Source: a virus
Lineage: Duplodnaviria; Caudoviricetes
IMG/VR virus record: IMGVR_UViG_3300030708_003538
Coordinates: 1-29,760 of that record
Strand: one strand, 5' to 3'
Length of the DNA: 29,760 nucleotides
Shown: positions 1-9,664 of the stretch, piece by piece
Position numbering within the stretch: the first letter of the stretch is position 1
How the letters are laid out: every line of letters begins with the position of its first letter
Position numbers and translations under genes: made by a program
The notes under the pieces: model-generated
Databases searched by the model: none
Told to the model about the DNA's origin: nothing
What the model saw: the letters and a program-made list of their open reading frames with translations, nothing else

Positions 1-940
1 AAGCGATGACTGGTTTCTCACTCAATGTAGCTTCTAAAAGTGGTCTACCAAAACCCTCACCATGTGTGAATGAAACATGGGCCTTCACTTTTGGATGATT
101 ATACAATTGATTCATCTCTTCATCTCTCAAATCACCATGAAGTACATAAACATTTGGTAGTTCTCCAACCAACGACCTTTTGATATCACGAATCTTACCC
201 AATATTTCTTGTCTATCTATTATACAAGGTGTCGCTCCACTTGTCTTCAAAATTAGGGCTGGTGGATTCTTTTGATTCTTGAATGTTTCACAGAATGTTT
301 TTACCAACATACTGATATCTTTTCTATCCTCACCCATATTACCTTGTAACCAATGTCCAACATGAAGAAAACAAAAGTCTTCTTCGATTGGTTCGAATTG
401 TTCTAATAACTCTTTTGAGAATTCATTAGTTTTTCCATATATATCAGTATCCACACCTTCAAACAATACCTCAACGGGTTTTTGATTGGTCAACTCACCT
501 ATTTTCTGTTTTGTATTCTCATCATGTTTATCGTACTTTGTATTTTCTATTGTATGTTTTACAAAGTTAGCTGGTACTATGTTTAAGTCCATTCGATTCA
601 ACCCTTCAATCCAAACAGGTGGTACAGCGGTTGTTTCTATACCAGCTGTAATCCCAATATTATACTTGGCTATGTTTTGAAACTCATTTGGTACAACAAT
701 ATGTACATGAATATCGGGTTGTCTTTCTATTTCAGGTGTCTGTAAAAGTCTTTTGATGATTGGTAAATCTTGGGGATTCTGTTCACTTAAAGCATTCTGT
801 GGTGTATTTCCCCACCTTACAGGCCATATTCTAACATCAAACTTATCTAAATCAATTAGACTACGACAAATATCTCTACTATGTGCTCCATAACCACTTC
901 TTGTTCCTACAGGTGCTGTAACTACCATTATTGGTTTCAT
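1..940 (-). CDS. GT-B fold glycosyltransferase (GT4-like), 3' end runs off the window
   Basis: Absent from the ORF track. Translated by hand from ATG at 940 (AGGAG upstream): MKPIMVVTAPVGTRSGYGAHSRDICRSL... ending HGEGFGRPLLEATLSEKPVIA, which contains the GT4 EX7E motif. Confidence 0.9.
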   Translation of the reverse strand, partial: MKPIMVVTAPVGTRSGYGAHSRDICRSLIDLDKFDVRIWPVRWGNTPQNALSEQNPQDLPIIKRLLQTPEIERQPDIHVHIVVPNEFQNIAKYNIGITAGIETTAVPPVWIEGLNRMDLNIVPANFVKHTIENTKYDKHDENTKQKIGELTNQKPVEVLFEGVDTDIYGKTNEFSKELLEQFEPIEEDFCFLHVGHWLQGNMGEDRKDISMLVKTFCETFKNQKNPPALILKTSGATPCIIDRQEILGKIRDIKRSLVGELPNVYVLHGDLRDEEMNQLYNHPKVKAHVSFTHGEGFGRPLLEATLSEKPVIA

Positions 941-948
941 AAATACTC

Positions 949-2331
949 CTAAGCTTTGTACATTGTAAATCGTTTACGAGGTGTCCACTTTTTCCAAGCG
1001 GTTTCCATGTGGTCTATGAATCTATCACACATATGTTTTGCTGATAATCCAACTTCTTCTTTCAACATCCATTCACGACCTTTTAATCCAAACTCTCTTC
1101 TTTTATCAGAAGGTGTTTCGTACCATTCCCTAAATCTTACGGCGACATCTTCCCATCTTGGTCTATCATCAAAAATATATGGTGTCGGTATTGAACCTTG
1201 AAGTGAACGACATGCTGGCCATACAGGTTTACACCATTCACCCCAAGTCAAATCGGCGTTGTGTTCCCATTTGTCTCTGTCGTGCAGTGATACAATTTCT
1301 TTATAGTCTTTTTCGTCAATATGTTTACCATTTAATTCAAACCCACATTGGTCTTGTAATCCACCAGTCACATTAACAATCATCGGAGTCCCAGCCATCA
1401 CTGCTTCTGCTGTACCTAATCCAAATCCTTCATTACTTGCTATGTTGACTTGTATATCGGCGATGTTGTAAAGGAAATTCATGTGTTTATCATCTAATCT
1501 TTGATGAGAAAATATGACTTCATAATCAGGACATATATTTCTAACCACTTCAGGTAGGTCTGTTCCGTTTTGGTCTTTTGGTGCGGTGTGCATCAGTAGT
1601 AAACACTTCTCAGCCTTTTCTTTAGGTAAATTATCACAGAATGTTTTGTATGCCATTATAACATCACTTGGTAATTTTCTTCTAATATTTCTATTGTTCC
1701 AAAAAATGATAAAATCTTTATCCTTATTATGTAAAACCTTTTTCCTAAATGCTTTCAATTCTTTATCATCTTTATCAATAGGAAAGAATGTTTCCTCAGG
1801 TATCCCATGTGGAATGTAGGTACAATCCCAATCTGTTCTTGGTTTATTTTGACAGACTTGTTCAACGATATTAACTGTCTGTTTTGATATATTCATGATT
1901 AAATCAGAAGATTCGTAGAAATTTTCATTGTACCTTGGATAAGGTAAATCATCCCAAATGTTGTAATAAAATATTGGAATGTTTTGTCTGATTTCATGTT
2001 CCATTTGATATAACCAAACCCAAAATCTTGGGTCGGTGTAATGGAGTATAGCATCAGGTTTTTCGATGTTGATTAATTGTCTTACCAATTCTTGATTTCC
2101 ATATCCACTAATTGGATATATTTTTAGATTAGCATCTTCAATGCCCGTATCTTCTCTAATTGATTGATTCATATCGACAATCTTACCCTCTTCAGGATGT
2201 TTAATTGCTCCACCAGCCTGAACCCAATCATACTTATGTATTGTTCCGAGTACGAAGTTTTTAGAAACCGTACCCACTCCACTACTCATCCTTAAATCAT
2301 CGGATAACAATAATATTTTTTTCTTTGCCAT
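949..2331 (-). CDS. GT-B fold glycosyltransferase (GT4-like)
   Basis: N-terminal KILLLSDD..SSGVG; WNNRNIRRK; ASNEGFGLGTAEAVMAGTP..GGLQDQ (EX7E motif). Confidence 0.9.
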   Translation of the reverse strand: MAKKKILLLSDDLRMSSGVGTVSKNFVLGTIHKYDWVQAGGAIKHPEEGKIVDMNQSIREDTGIEDANLKIYPISGYGNQELVRQLINIEKPDAILHYTDPRFWVWLYQMEHEIRQNIPIFYYNIWDDLPYPRYNENFYESSDLIMNISKQTVNIVEQVCQNKPRTDWDCTYIPHGIPEETFFPIDKDDKELKAFRKKVLHNKDKDFIIFWNNRNIRRKLPSDVIMAYKTFCDNLPKEKAEKCLLLMHTAPKDQNGTDLPEVVRNICPDYEVIFSHQRLDDKHMNFLYNIADIQVNIASNEGFGLGTAEAVMAGTPMIVNVTGGLQDQCGFELNGKHIDEKDYKEIVSLHDRDKWEHNADLTWGEWCKPVWPACRSLQGSIPTPYIFDDRPRWEDVAVRFREWYETPSDKRREFGLKGREWMLKEEVGLSAKHMCDRFIDHMETAWKKWTPRKRFTMYKA

Positions 2332-2339
2332 AACCTACT

Positions 2340-2537
2340 CTAAAATCTACTACCGCTAACTTTTAAGTCACGATGTTGTTTAATGTTTATTTGATAATCC
2401 TCATCGGTAAGAAACTTGTGTATAGACCTATTCACGAGTTTTTGTAATGTGAACTCTTCACTTAATGATTTTACTCTAAAGTCTTTATACAACCTATCTA
2501 AAACCTTTACCGATGTCAATTTAGTGTCAGCTTTCAT
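2340..2537 (-). CDS. Small basic protein, probable ribbon-helix-helix DNA-binding regulator
   Basis: 65 aa with strong AAGGAG SD. TKLTSVKV strand followed by two predicted helices (LYKDFRVKSL; TLQKLVNRSIHKFL), as in RHH proteins. Confidence 0.55.
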   Translation of the reverse strand: MKADTKLTSVKVLDRLYKDFRVKSLSEEFTLQKLVNRSIHKFLTDEDYQINIKQHRDLKVSGSRF

Positions 2538-2545
2538 AACATCTC

Positions 2546-2567
2546 CTTATATATACATATATATAAG
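2546..2567. promoter_or_regulatory. Perfect 10-bp inverted repeat CTTATATATA-CA-TATATATAAG, candidate operator
   Basis: Read directly from the sequence. It fills most of the 36-bp intergenic gap and overlaps the SD of the RHH-like gene. Confidence 0.55.
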
Positions 2568-2573
2568 TATCAT

Positions 2574-2978
2574 CTAATTCAAAATTATTACCTTTTTCCC
2601 CATTTTTTCTGCCGTCTCAATGGTATTCATAGTACCTCTTGTATACTCACCTTTGTTCATAAAGGCCACAATGTAATCACTATACTCCACTATCTGTTTG
2701 TTTCTGTCGGTGAAATTTTTTGGAAAATATCTTTTTCCGTAATGAGATTCGTCTAATATACAATGTTGATTATATGTGTAGTGTCTTGGTGGAAATTCTA
2801 CATATTTCATGTCGAACTCAAGTGAAAACTTTTTAGCAAACCCATCGGCACCTAATTTTTGTCCCCCACTAACTACTTCTACTTTATCTCCGAATTGTTC
2901 TTTGAGCTTGAATACAAATTCTTTTATTTTTCTACGATTAGTATATGTACGAGAACCTACGATACCGACTCGTTTCAT
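2574..2978 (-). CDS. SLOG superfamily protein (YspA/DUF2493-like)
   Basis: VGIVGSR...VVSGG..GAD...RN..IV..SD..VAF...RGT..TI..A motif series. Confidence 0.85.
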   Translation of the reverse strand: MKRVGIVGSRTYTNRRKIKEFVFKLKEQFGDKVEVVSGGQKLGADGFAKKFSLEFDMKYVEFPPRHYTYNQHCILDESHYGKRYFPKNFTDRNKQIVEYSDYIVAFMNKGEYTRGTMNTIETAEKMGKKVIILN

Positions 2979-3385
2979 TGATTATCATTCCTTTTTTGTT
3001 TTCTGATGGGTGTTTCACTTTTTGGTTTCAAACAAAACCTTAGAGTTTCTTCAAATTGATTTAATCCATTTACAACATCACCAACATAAGTGAATCTTGT
3101 ACGACTTGCCACTTCCTTATCCTTTTCATCAATTATATCATACCAAACAAATTCGTTTCTTTCAATTTCTTTTGAGGATTTTATTGTCGTCTTGAAATGT
3201 AATTCTTTTTCGTACTTCTTGATAAATTCTTTTATTTGTGCTGGAGTGACTTCATCATTTTCGTACCAAAGATGTAACTTGAATTGATTTATTTTATAAA
3301 TCTCATTGATTCTGTTGATTACCCAACTTTCTATTTCGGTATCTAAAAAATCTGTCATCTTCAATCTTAGTCTAACTACATTCAT
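2975..3385 (-). CDS. Hypothetical protein
   Basis: 136-aa ORF with 4-bp ATGA overlaps on both sides. No motif recognised. Confidence 0.75.
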   Translation of the reverse strand: MNVVRLRLKMTDFLDTEIESWVINRINEIYKINQFKLHLWYENDEVTPAQIKEFIKKYEKELHFKTTIKSSKEIERNEFVWYDIIDEKDKEVASRTRFTYVGDVVNGLNQFEETLRFCLKPKSETPIRKQKRNDNQ

Positions 3386-4236
3386 GGTAAATCCTTACAT
3401 TTAGTAAATGCCTTACAATCTTTCTTTGTTCTACATTTTTCATAATTAACATCTTTGAAAGTACCATCATCATTGTAACACTCATCCATAAAATGTTGGA
3501 GTCGATTGATTACCTTGTTAATAGAGGGTTTACCATTAGCTGGAGCGAATGTCTGAACTCTCCTTTGTGGAAAATCCATACCTTCGTATAGTTTTCTCTT
3601 AACAATGAAATACTCAACATCGATTCTATCTAATGGAACATCGTGTTGTTTTGAATAAAATGATTTATACAATAAGAGTTGGTCTGTTTTATTTTTATCA
3701 GCCTTTGCGTATTTGTTCCAACCCCATGATGATGTTTTAATATCAATAATCTTGATTCGATTTCTGATATTGTCTTTAATAATTAGGTCAATGAACCCTT
3801 TAAATTTCAGATTTTTTGGTAAGTCCCAATTAAGTGCGGTTTCTATACCAAGTAACTCATAACCTTTTTTACTAAAGTACATTCCTCGTTTCTTCTTAAA
3901 GAAATCAATAATCTTTAGACCATCGTTGTAAAACTCTGTCATCTCATCTTTGGTACAGAATTGTTCACCACCATTTCTTTGCATTATTTCCATGAATAGT
4001 TTTTTCATTCTATCTTCAAGTTCTTCATCGAGGAGTAATTTGTCAGCTTCAACAATACTCTTGGTATACATTACACGAAGATATTCTTGTAATACTTCGT
4101 GCATCGCACTACCAAATAAAGTATGTATGTTATCTGACCAAGGTATAGCCTTATCTACATATTGTAGTTTCCACGAATAAGGACATTGTTCCCATAACGC
4201 GAATTGACTATACGATACTGATTTTTTTCTAGCCAT
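3382..4236 (-). CDS. PD-(D/E)XK nuclease (RecB/Cas4-like exonuclease)
   Basis: SYSQ...QCP; FGSAMHEVLQ; E...GFIDLII...IIDIKTS; QLLLY; three C-terminal Cys. Confidence 0.88.
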   Translation of the reverse strand: MARKKSVSYSQFALWEQCPYSWKLQYVDKAIPWSDNIHTLFGSAMHEVLQEYLRVMYTKSIVEADKLLLDEELEDRMKKLFMEIMQRNGGEQFCTKDEMTEFYNDGLKIIDFFKKKRGMYFSKKGYELLGIETALNWDLPKNLKFKGFIDLIIKDNIRNRIKIIDIKTSSWGWNKYAKADKNKTDQLLLYKSFYSKQHDVPLDRIDVEYFIVKRKLYEGMDFPQRRVQTFAPANGKPSINKVINRLQHFMDECYNDDGTFKDVNYEKCRTKKDCKAFTKCKDLP

Positions 4237-4477
4237 TTAATTTTTGAATGACAGATTCCTTTGGAAGTCCACCAACGAATCTATCTACTTCAACTCCGTT
4301 TTCTTCTATAACTGTGGTTGGAACTGACCTAACATTGTATTGTTGTGCTAGTGATTTGTTCTCATCCACATCAAGTATTTGTACTGAATGACCTTCGTTC
4401 ATTACTTCGGTCATTACAGGTTTGAAAGCTTTACAAGGGCCACACCATGTAGCCGTAAAGTATTTTGCTGTCTTCAT
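4229..4477 (-). CDS. trxA: Thioredoxin
   Basis: YFTATWCGPCK active site and SVPT cis-Pro motif. Start moved to ATG at 4477 (TAATG overlap with the upstream stop). Confidence 0.92.
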   Translation of the reverse strand: MKTAKYFTATWCGPCKAFKPVMTEVMNEGHSVQILDVDENKSLAQQYNVRSVPTTVIEENGVEVDRFVGGLPKESVIQKLNG

Positions 4478-4890
4478 TATTTTCCCCACTTTCCACGACC
4501 AACGATTGTTGCCATAATACCATAGTTTGAAACATCAAGATAAGCATCTTCCAATGGTTCATCTTGTACGGCTGACTTTCTACCAGTCATCAATAGTGTT
4601 TTTACTCGTTGTAGTTTATCATTCATACGAAACCATAAACCTGTGAGTGATAGGTTTATCTCTTCCTTTGTCTTCAGCTGTGTTCCAACTGATATGTTGC
4701 CAGGACCGTAATCATGTTGTTTGTGACAGAACAATTCATATTGTTCTCTTTGTAATTTCTTAAACTCCGTAGTCATCTCAGGCCATTCTTTTTCCATCAA
4801 TTCAACAATGTTGTCTGATGTTGGTTCTGACTTTGGAGTATCTTTGATTGAATTTCTTTTCATGTCTAATAAACTTGTCTCTTCTGACAT
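4477..4890 (-). CDS. DUF1599 / nucleotide-modification-associated domain protein
   Basis: K-x-x-DYG...R-x-x-DK-x-x-R...E-x-x-EDAYLD-x-x-NY pattern; GGAG SD. Confidence 0.8.
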   Translation of the reverse strand: MSEETSLLDMKRNSIKDTPKSEPTSDNIVELMEKEWPEMTTEFKKLQREQYELFCHKQHDYGPGNISVGTQLKTKEEINLSLTGLWFRMNDKLQRVKTLLMTGRKSAVQDEPLEDAYLDVSNYGIMATIVGRGKWGK

Positions 4891-4914
4891 ATAGTTCTCC
4901 TAATGTGATATAAG

Positions 4915-4943
4915 AATTTACGAAAAAATATTATTAAAGTCAA
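4915..4943 (-). promoter_or_regulatory. Sigma70-like promoter upstream of the DUF1599-thioredoxin-nuclease genes
   Basis: Minus strand TTGACT (4943-4938), 17-nt spacer, TAAATT (4920-4915), in one of the few intergenic gaps and followed by an AGGAG SD. Confidence 0.6.
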
Positions 4944-5533
4944 GAAATAATTTCATCAATTATACCATATTCTAAACATTCTTGTGCTGTAAAGTAACAA
5001 TCATTTTTAGATACACCTTCCCAAAAACTTTGGTCTTTTTTTGTTACTTCACCGAGTATCCTATTGATGTTCTTTTGTAGTTTTTTCAAATGGTCTGCTC
5101 CTTTCAATACATCGGATGTTTTACCACCTTCAAATGCTGAACCCTCATGAACCATAACAGTTGAGTTCTCTGTCATAGACCTTTTACCAGTTCCACACGC
5201 TAGTATCACAGCTGCTGCTGACATACAAGCTCCAACACAATGTGTGTTGACTTTAACAGGTAAGGATTTGAAAAAATCTATCGTACCTAACATGGCGTAA
5301 ACATCACCACCATATGAAGTAATGTTTAATGTTATATCTTGTTTAGGATTGATTTTAACAAAATTATCGAACCTTGTCATGACCGCATATAATTGGTCTT
5401 GGTCTATTTCATAACTTAAATACATCGTACTTGATTCTAAATTTATACCCCACTCCAAGTTTTTAAACATCAGTTGTTGATTTGGTGTTAGGTTTGAACC
5501 ATTTGAGTAGTTCACTTTTAATGTCGGTTCCAT
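4940..5533 (-). CDS. clpP: ClpP-like serine protease (paralog A)
   Basis: ITSYGGDV; ACMSAA (Ser); VMVHE (His); NDCYFTAQECLEYGIIDEI (Asp). Confidence 0.9.
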   Translation of the reverse strand: MEPTLKVNYSNGSNLTPNQQLMFKNLEWGINLESSTMYLSYEIDQDQLYAVMTRFDNFVKINPKQDITLNITSYGGDVYAMLGTIDFFKSLPVKVNTHCVGACMSAAAVILACGTGKRSMTENSTVMVHEGSAFEGGKTSDVLKGADHLKKLQKNINRILGEVTKKDQSFWEGVSKNDCYFTAQECLEYGIIDEIIS

Positions 5534-6625
5534 CTATTCTCCTTTTCTAAAAACAAAAATGGGTTCGTATTTATGTCCAGCTCCCATAACACTTGATAAA
5601 GTAAGTTGAATAGTTTCTTCTTGTATGAATCCGAGAGAGGTTGAAATCTTCTGAGTCTCCTCCTCGATAAACTTATACTTGGGTGTGTTTGCTATGTTGT
5701 ACAACATATAACCACCTTTTTTAAGTCCACGATAACAATTTTCTATAGTTGTTTTTAAAAAACCATTCACCCACTCATCTTTGGTAGGGAATTTTTTATA
5801 ACTTTGACTTTCCTCATCTGAATACTTTTCGGTATCAAAATAAGGTGGAGAGGTAAAACATAAGTCTAACGATTCTGACTTCGGTTGAAATGTCTCACTT
5901 CCTTGTTTATATATATCTACTTTCTTTTTAATATAACTGAAATCTTTGCTCATATTATTTAGACCATCAAAGGTCTTTGTGGATGGTTCAGTACCAATGT
6001 AATGTTTGGTATTTTTAGCGGATAAAAAACCTAACAAACGACCACCCCATCCACAAGACATATCCCATACAACTCCATCTCCACCATACCTTTCGTATAT
6101 TAGTTTTGCTGCTGTTGGTCTAAAGTTACTCACGGATTGAGTACCACTATAAATCTTTATTGATTGTCTTAATCTATTTTCATGAAATACATTTCTTTCT
6201 CCATTAGGATCTTCACCTTTGTAATGTTTCAGTTCCCAATTCCAACACTTTCTTATCGTGGATTTGAACATATCATCATCCAAGAATATTTCCATCGGTG
6301 ATTTTTTAGCACTACCACATCTTACTTCCCAAAAATGTGGATGGTAAGTCCAACATAGTCTTAATCCGTGCATAGTTTGTACAATCTGATTGTCTTTGAA
6401 TATCGTATCGACATCAAACTTTCTCAGTTTTTTTAGATGGTCGTGTTTTTCTTCCTCACGAATCTGATAATGAGGGAATCCATGTCGTCTGTAATAATCA
6501 AATATAACTTCTACACCATATTCTCTATCCACTACATCTATTGAATTTGTGACTCTTTCAAACTCTAAGTCTTTCTCATCCATATCGATGAGTTTACCGA
6601 GAGTTTCATAATCTATTCTTGGCAT
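5534..6625 (-). CDS. Orphan amino-group (m4C/m6A) DNA methyltransferase
   Basis: SAM-binding WDMSCGWGGRLLG followed by catalytic FTSPPYFDTEKY. Confidence 0.85.
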   Translation of the reverse strand: MPRIDYETLGKLIDMDEKDLEFERVTNSIDVVDREYGVEVIFDYYRRHGFPHYQIREEEKHDHLKKLRKFDVDTIFKDNQIVQTMHGLRLCWTYHPHFWEVRCGSAKKSPMEIFLDDDMFKSTIRKCWNWELKHYKGEDPNGERNVFHENRLRQSIKIYSGTQSVSNFRPTAAKLIYERYGGDGVVWDMSCGWGGRLLGFLSAKNTKHYIGTEPSTKTFDGLNNMSKDFSYIKKKVDIYKQGSETFQPKSESLDLCFTSPPYFDTEKYSDEESQSYKKFPTKDEWVNGFLKTTIENCYRGLKKGGYMLYNIANTPKYKFIEEETQKISTSLGFIQEETIQLTLSSVMGAGHKYEPIFVFRKGE

Positions 6626-7566
6626 TTTTCTCTGTACATATAAACGAAGTCACTCCACGATGAATCAGGACCCGTATGTTCTGCTGATATAAATTCACGA
6701 CTATATATTAATCCAAACAAATCAATAACATCACGAAGTATTTTGTATTCGTATAATTTTTCAATTGATTCTAAATTTGATTTCGTATCTTCATAAAAAT
6801 AAAGAGGTCTTTCAGATACATTTAAAGTCCTTCCTTCGTCATCAAACGATTTTATCCAACCTATATTGGTAGTTTCTATAAACTCATTTGGTAATAAATT
6901 ATCTAATTCCATGATGTTTCTATAATCTAAAACATCATAATCATTATAGATCTCTGATAACCAATGAGAATCCTTACGATAGTTAGGTAACAAAGGGCCT
7001 GTAGCAGGTTTATCATAGGTTACATCAGAACTTATGAAAAATTTATCATTTGGGTATTTATCCAAGACCTTTTTCAAATATTCCATTTTACTTTCGTAAT
7101 CAAATCTTGGTATTAAATCTTTTCTTGGGTCATCAATTATTGTTGGCCAATGTCTGACATGGATACCAATTCTTTGTCCTACTAATTTTTTGATTTTGGA
7201 TTCAAGGTTCTTATCTTTTAATTTAAGTAAATGTAACCATGTACCATAAAAATTATTGCCAAAATTATAGGGTGGCCATTCTTCTTCAATCCAATAATTT
7301 TTATTTTTATCCAACTTTGTCAACCACGGTTTGGTTGCATCAATACTTGGTATGTTTTCATACTTATCAAATAATTCTTTGGATGATTTTGTATTTGGAA
7401 AATCGATAAACTTAGTCTCTAACCACTTGTCTGATTCAACTAATATTTCGAAATCGAAATTGTTGTACTTATTTAATTCGTATGCTATCTCCCAAAATTG
7501 AATTCTATTTCCAAAACCTGTATCTTCAATTGACCAACCAACATTTCCTATTTTCAAATATGACAT
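6613..7566 (-). CDS. Fucosyltransferase-like glycosyltransferase (GT11/O-FucT-like)
   Basis: GFGNRI; IGIHVR; FFISSD; DLFGL...SSWS, resembling the GDP-fucose-binding motifs of this clan. Start at 7566 (TGATG overlap). Confidence 0.65.
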   Translation of the reverse strand: MSYLKIGNVGWSIEDTGFGNRIQFWEIAYELNKYNNFDFEILVESDKWLETKFIDFPNTKSSKELFDKYENIPSIDATKPWLTKLDKNKNYWIEEEWPPYNFGNNFYGTWLHLLKLKDKNLESKIKKLVGQRIGIHVRHWPTIIDDPRKDLIPRFDYESKMEYLKKVLDKYPNDKFFISSDVTYDKPATGPLLPNYRKDSHWLSEIYNDYDVLDYRNIMELDNLLPNEFIETTNIGWIKSFDDEGRTLNVSERPLYFYEDTKSNLESIEKLYEYKILRDVIDLFGLIYSREFISAEHTGPDSSWSDFVYMYREKCQE

Positions 7567-8585
7567 CAATCTTCCCTAAAGGTGTCTAATGTTACACAAT
7601 GGAAACTTCCACCGAGTGTTCTTGCGTGTCTTAATCTCATAGGAATTACTTCCACATTATTTTTATACAATTGTTTATGGAGTTCGATTTGATTCTCGTC
7701 ACATATAACCAAATTTGAATTTAACGACAACAGATTGATTCCTACCCATGTTGATGCATGATTATAGTTTGGATAATAACCAATATCCACCATATCAGTA
7801 CACCAAATTTTATCCCATGATTTTAAAACTTTAGGTAGATTGTCTTCATTAACTCGTTCAGGATTCAATAAACATAATCCCTCTCTTAACAAAGCAATTG
7901 TTGAATCCAAGTGAACATAACTATACATATTTTCTAAAGTATGTACTTTATACTCACTTCCAAGAAAATTTTGTAACCATTGTGCCCCTAACTTGTTACC
8001 TGTATTGGAAACTAAGTATAATATATCATCATTACATCTGAGGATATTTGCTGCATCAAATATTGGTTCTACCTCTGTTAATGTTAGTTCATCTAAGTTT
8101 TCTCTTTGATAACAATCATCTCTTAGTATTGGTTTTGGTGCTGATACCCACCTTGCACCTTTCTTCATGTAATCAATAAAATCATCACGAAATGAAAATG
8201 TTTCAAAGTATCTTGACCTCAAAGCCATAGGTGATTCGATTATAGTATCACCAATAACAATCACACTATCTCTTGGACAATAATTGTAATAACCATCTGA
8301 CATCCACTCACCATTTGATAAGAATGGTTTGGAATTATCTTGTGTCGTAGGTCTTTTAACCTTTACTCCAAATGATTCGAGAGTAGATACTAATTCTTCT
8401 AAATCTTCTTTAGTCTCATCTATAACTTGTTTAGGATAATAACCCTCTCGAACATCATCAATGTTATCTCTATCAGCATAGTTAATACAATGAAGGTCTT
8501 TACCCTTGATTGGATTGTTTGGATTTTCTATGTTACCTACAAAAACTTCTCTTAATGTGTCCCATTCATTTTTTGAATAAATCAT
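7566..8585 (-). CDS. Amidinotransferase (glycine/inosamine-phosphate amidinotransferase family, pentein fold)
   Basis: NEWDTLREVFVG; NYCPRD; FDAAN (Asp); HLDST (His); LGGSFHCVTLD (Cys). Confidence 0.92.
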   Translation of the reverse strand: MIYSKNEWDTLREVFVGNIENPNNPIKGKDLHCINYADRDNIDDVREGYYPKQVIDETKEDLEELVSTLESFGVKVKRPTTQDNSKPFLSNGEWMSDGYYNYCPRDSVIVIGDTIIESPMALRSRYFETFSFRDDFIDYMKKGARWVSAPKPILRDDCYQRENLDELTLTEVEPIFDAANILRCNDDILYLVSNTGNKLGAQWLQNFLGSEYKVHTLENMYSYVHLDSTIALLREGLCLLNPERVNEDNLPKVLKSWDKIWCTDMVDIGYYPNYNHASTWVGINLLSLNSNLVICDENQIELHKQLYKNNVEVIPMRLRHARTLGGSFHCVTLDTFRED

Positions 8586-9025
8586 GGTAAGTTTAGTTTT
8601 TTAATCTCCTTTGGTTCTGAGCCAAATTTTTGAAGTATAGATTTCAATTCTGCCTTACCTTGTTCGGAACTATAATATATGTCAATGTATTCATTAGCTT
8701 CTTTGGTACTAACCTCATGATATCTTGTAACAATTTCTACAACCCATTCAGGATGTTTCATAACCTTTTTTCCCTTTGTGTATCTCAACCATTGTTTACC
8801 TTTTGGTAATATCTCGGTATACAATCGGTATAAGTCTTTTGGTTCTAATTTATATTTTTGTATTTCATTGACCAAATCTGTCCAATTCATATTCATCGAA
8901 AGGAATCTGTGAACCATATAGTTAGACCAAGTCTTTCTATCGGCATCATTTAAATTTTCCCAATAGTTTTTAGTCTGTTTCGATGTTATGTGGGTGATGT
9001 GGTCAAACAAAGATTTTGTTTTCAT
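8582..9025 (-). CDS. Clamp-loader small subunit, T4 gp62-like
   Basis: LFDHITHIT...YMVHRFLSM...VNEIQ...LY...ILPKGKQWLRYTK pattern. A gp44/RFC-like partner lies at 18807-19727. Confidence 0.7.
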   Translation of the reverse strand: MKTKSLFDHITHITSKQTKNYWENLNDADRKTWSNYMVHRFLSMNMNWTDLVNEIQKYKLEPKDLYRLYTEILPKGKQWLRYTKGKKVMKHPEWVVEIVTRYHEVSTKEANEYIDIYYSSEQGKAELKSILQKFGSEPKEIKKLNLP

Positions 9026-9039
9026 ATGAATAAATAGTG

Positions 9040-9660
9040 TTATCTTACCTTGAAACTATTAATAAATTGCTCTACCCAAGAATTCAACTTCACATCAATC
9101 AATAATGTTACCCTATCTTTATCTCCGTCATTGAAAAGAGTGTGTATTTTGGATGTATCAAAATGATGCATATAACCAACTGGTAGTTGGTAACATCTAT
9201 AGTGGTCTTCAAACCTTCGACCAAATTCTAACATACTATATGTATTTTCATCCGTCCATTCCTCTTCGATTTCATCTACATCAGTTATACACAACCAACT
9301 ATTTTCAGGTTGAACAATTGGTATCTGAAATCTCACAATTTCTTCACCCATATCTTTATCATGATGAAGACCATAAGAGGTCTTTGACTTTCTTCTTAAT
9401 AATCTAAAAGAAGTGATTTCGGATTTAAAACTATCAAATATTTCTTTTAGATATGAACAAGAATTAAGTATATTACCATAGGGTAAATTATTATGATGCT
9501 CTGTATGTGTTTTGCTGATTTGAAATATATTAGGTAAGGATATACAATGGCCAAACGCACCATCCTCGTATTTTAACCTTGACTCTATGTATTCTTTTTC
9601 CTTAACGAGTCTTTTTACATCGAAATATTTGTCTAAATATTTGACTTCTAATTTTTTCAT
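9040..9660 (-). CDS. 2OG-Fe(II) oxygenase (Asp/Asn beta-hydroxylase-like)
   Basis: HHD (HxD); RFQIPI; FDTSKIHTLFNDGDKDRVTLLID (distal His and Arg). Confidence 0.82.
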   Translation of the reverse strand: MKKLEVKYLDKYFDVKRLVKEKEYIESRLKYEDGAFGHCISLPNIFQISKTHTEHHNNLPYGNILNSCSYLKEIFDSFKSEITSFRLLRRKSKTSYGLHHDKDMGEEIVRFQIPIVQPENSWLCITDVDEIEEEWTDENTYSMLEFGRRFEDHYRCYQLPVGYMHHFDTSKIHTLFNDGDKDRVTLLIDVKLNSWVEQFINSFKVR

Positions 9661-9664
9661 AACT

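Noticed and set aside
3382-4236. Cas4 as part of a CRISPR-Cas locus, or a restriction endonuclease paired with the MTases
   Set aside because: No repeat-spacer array or other cas gene was seen. The motifs fit a stand-alone phage RecB-like exonuclease.
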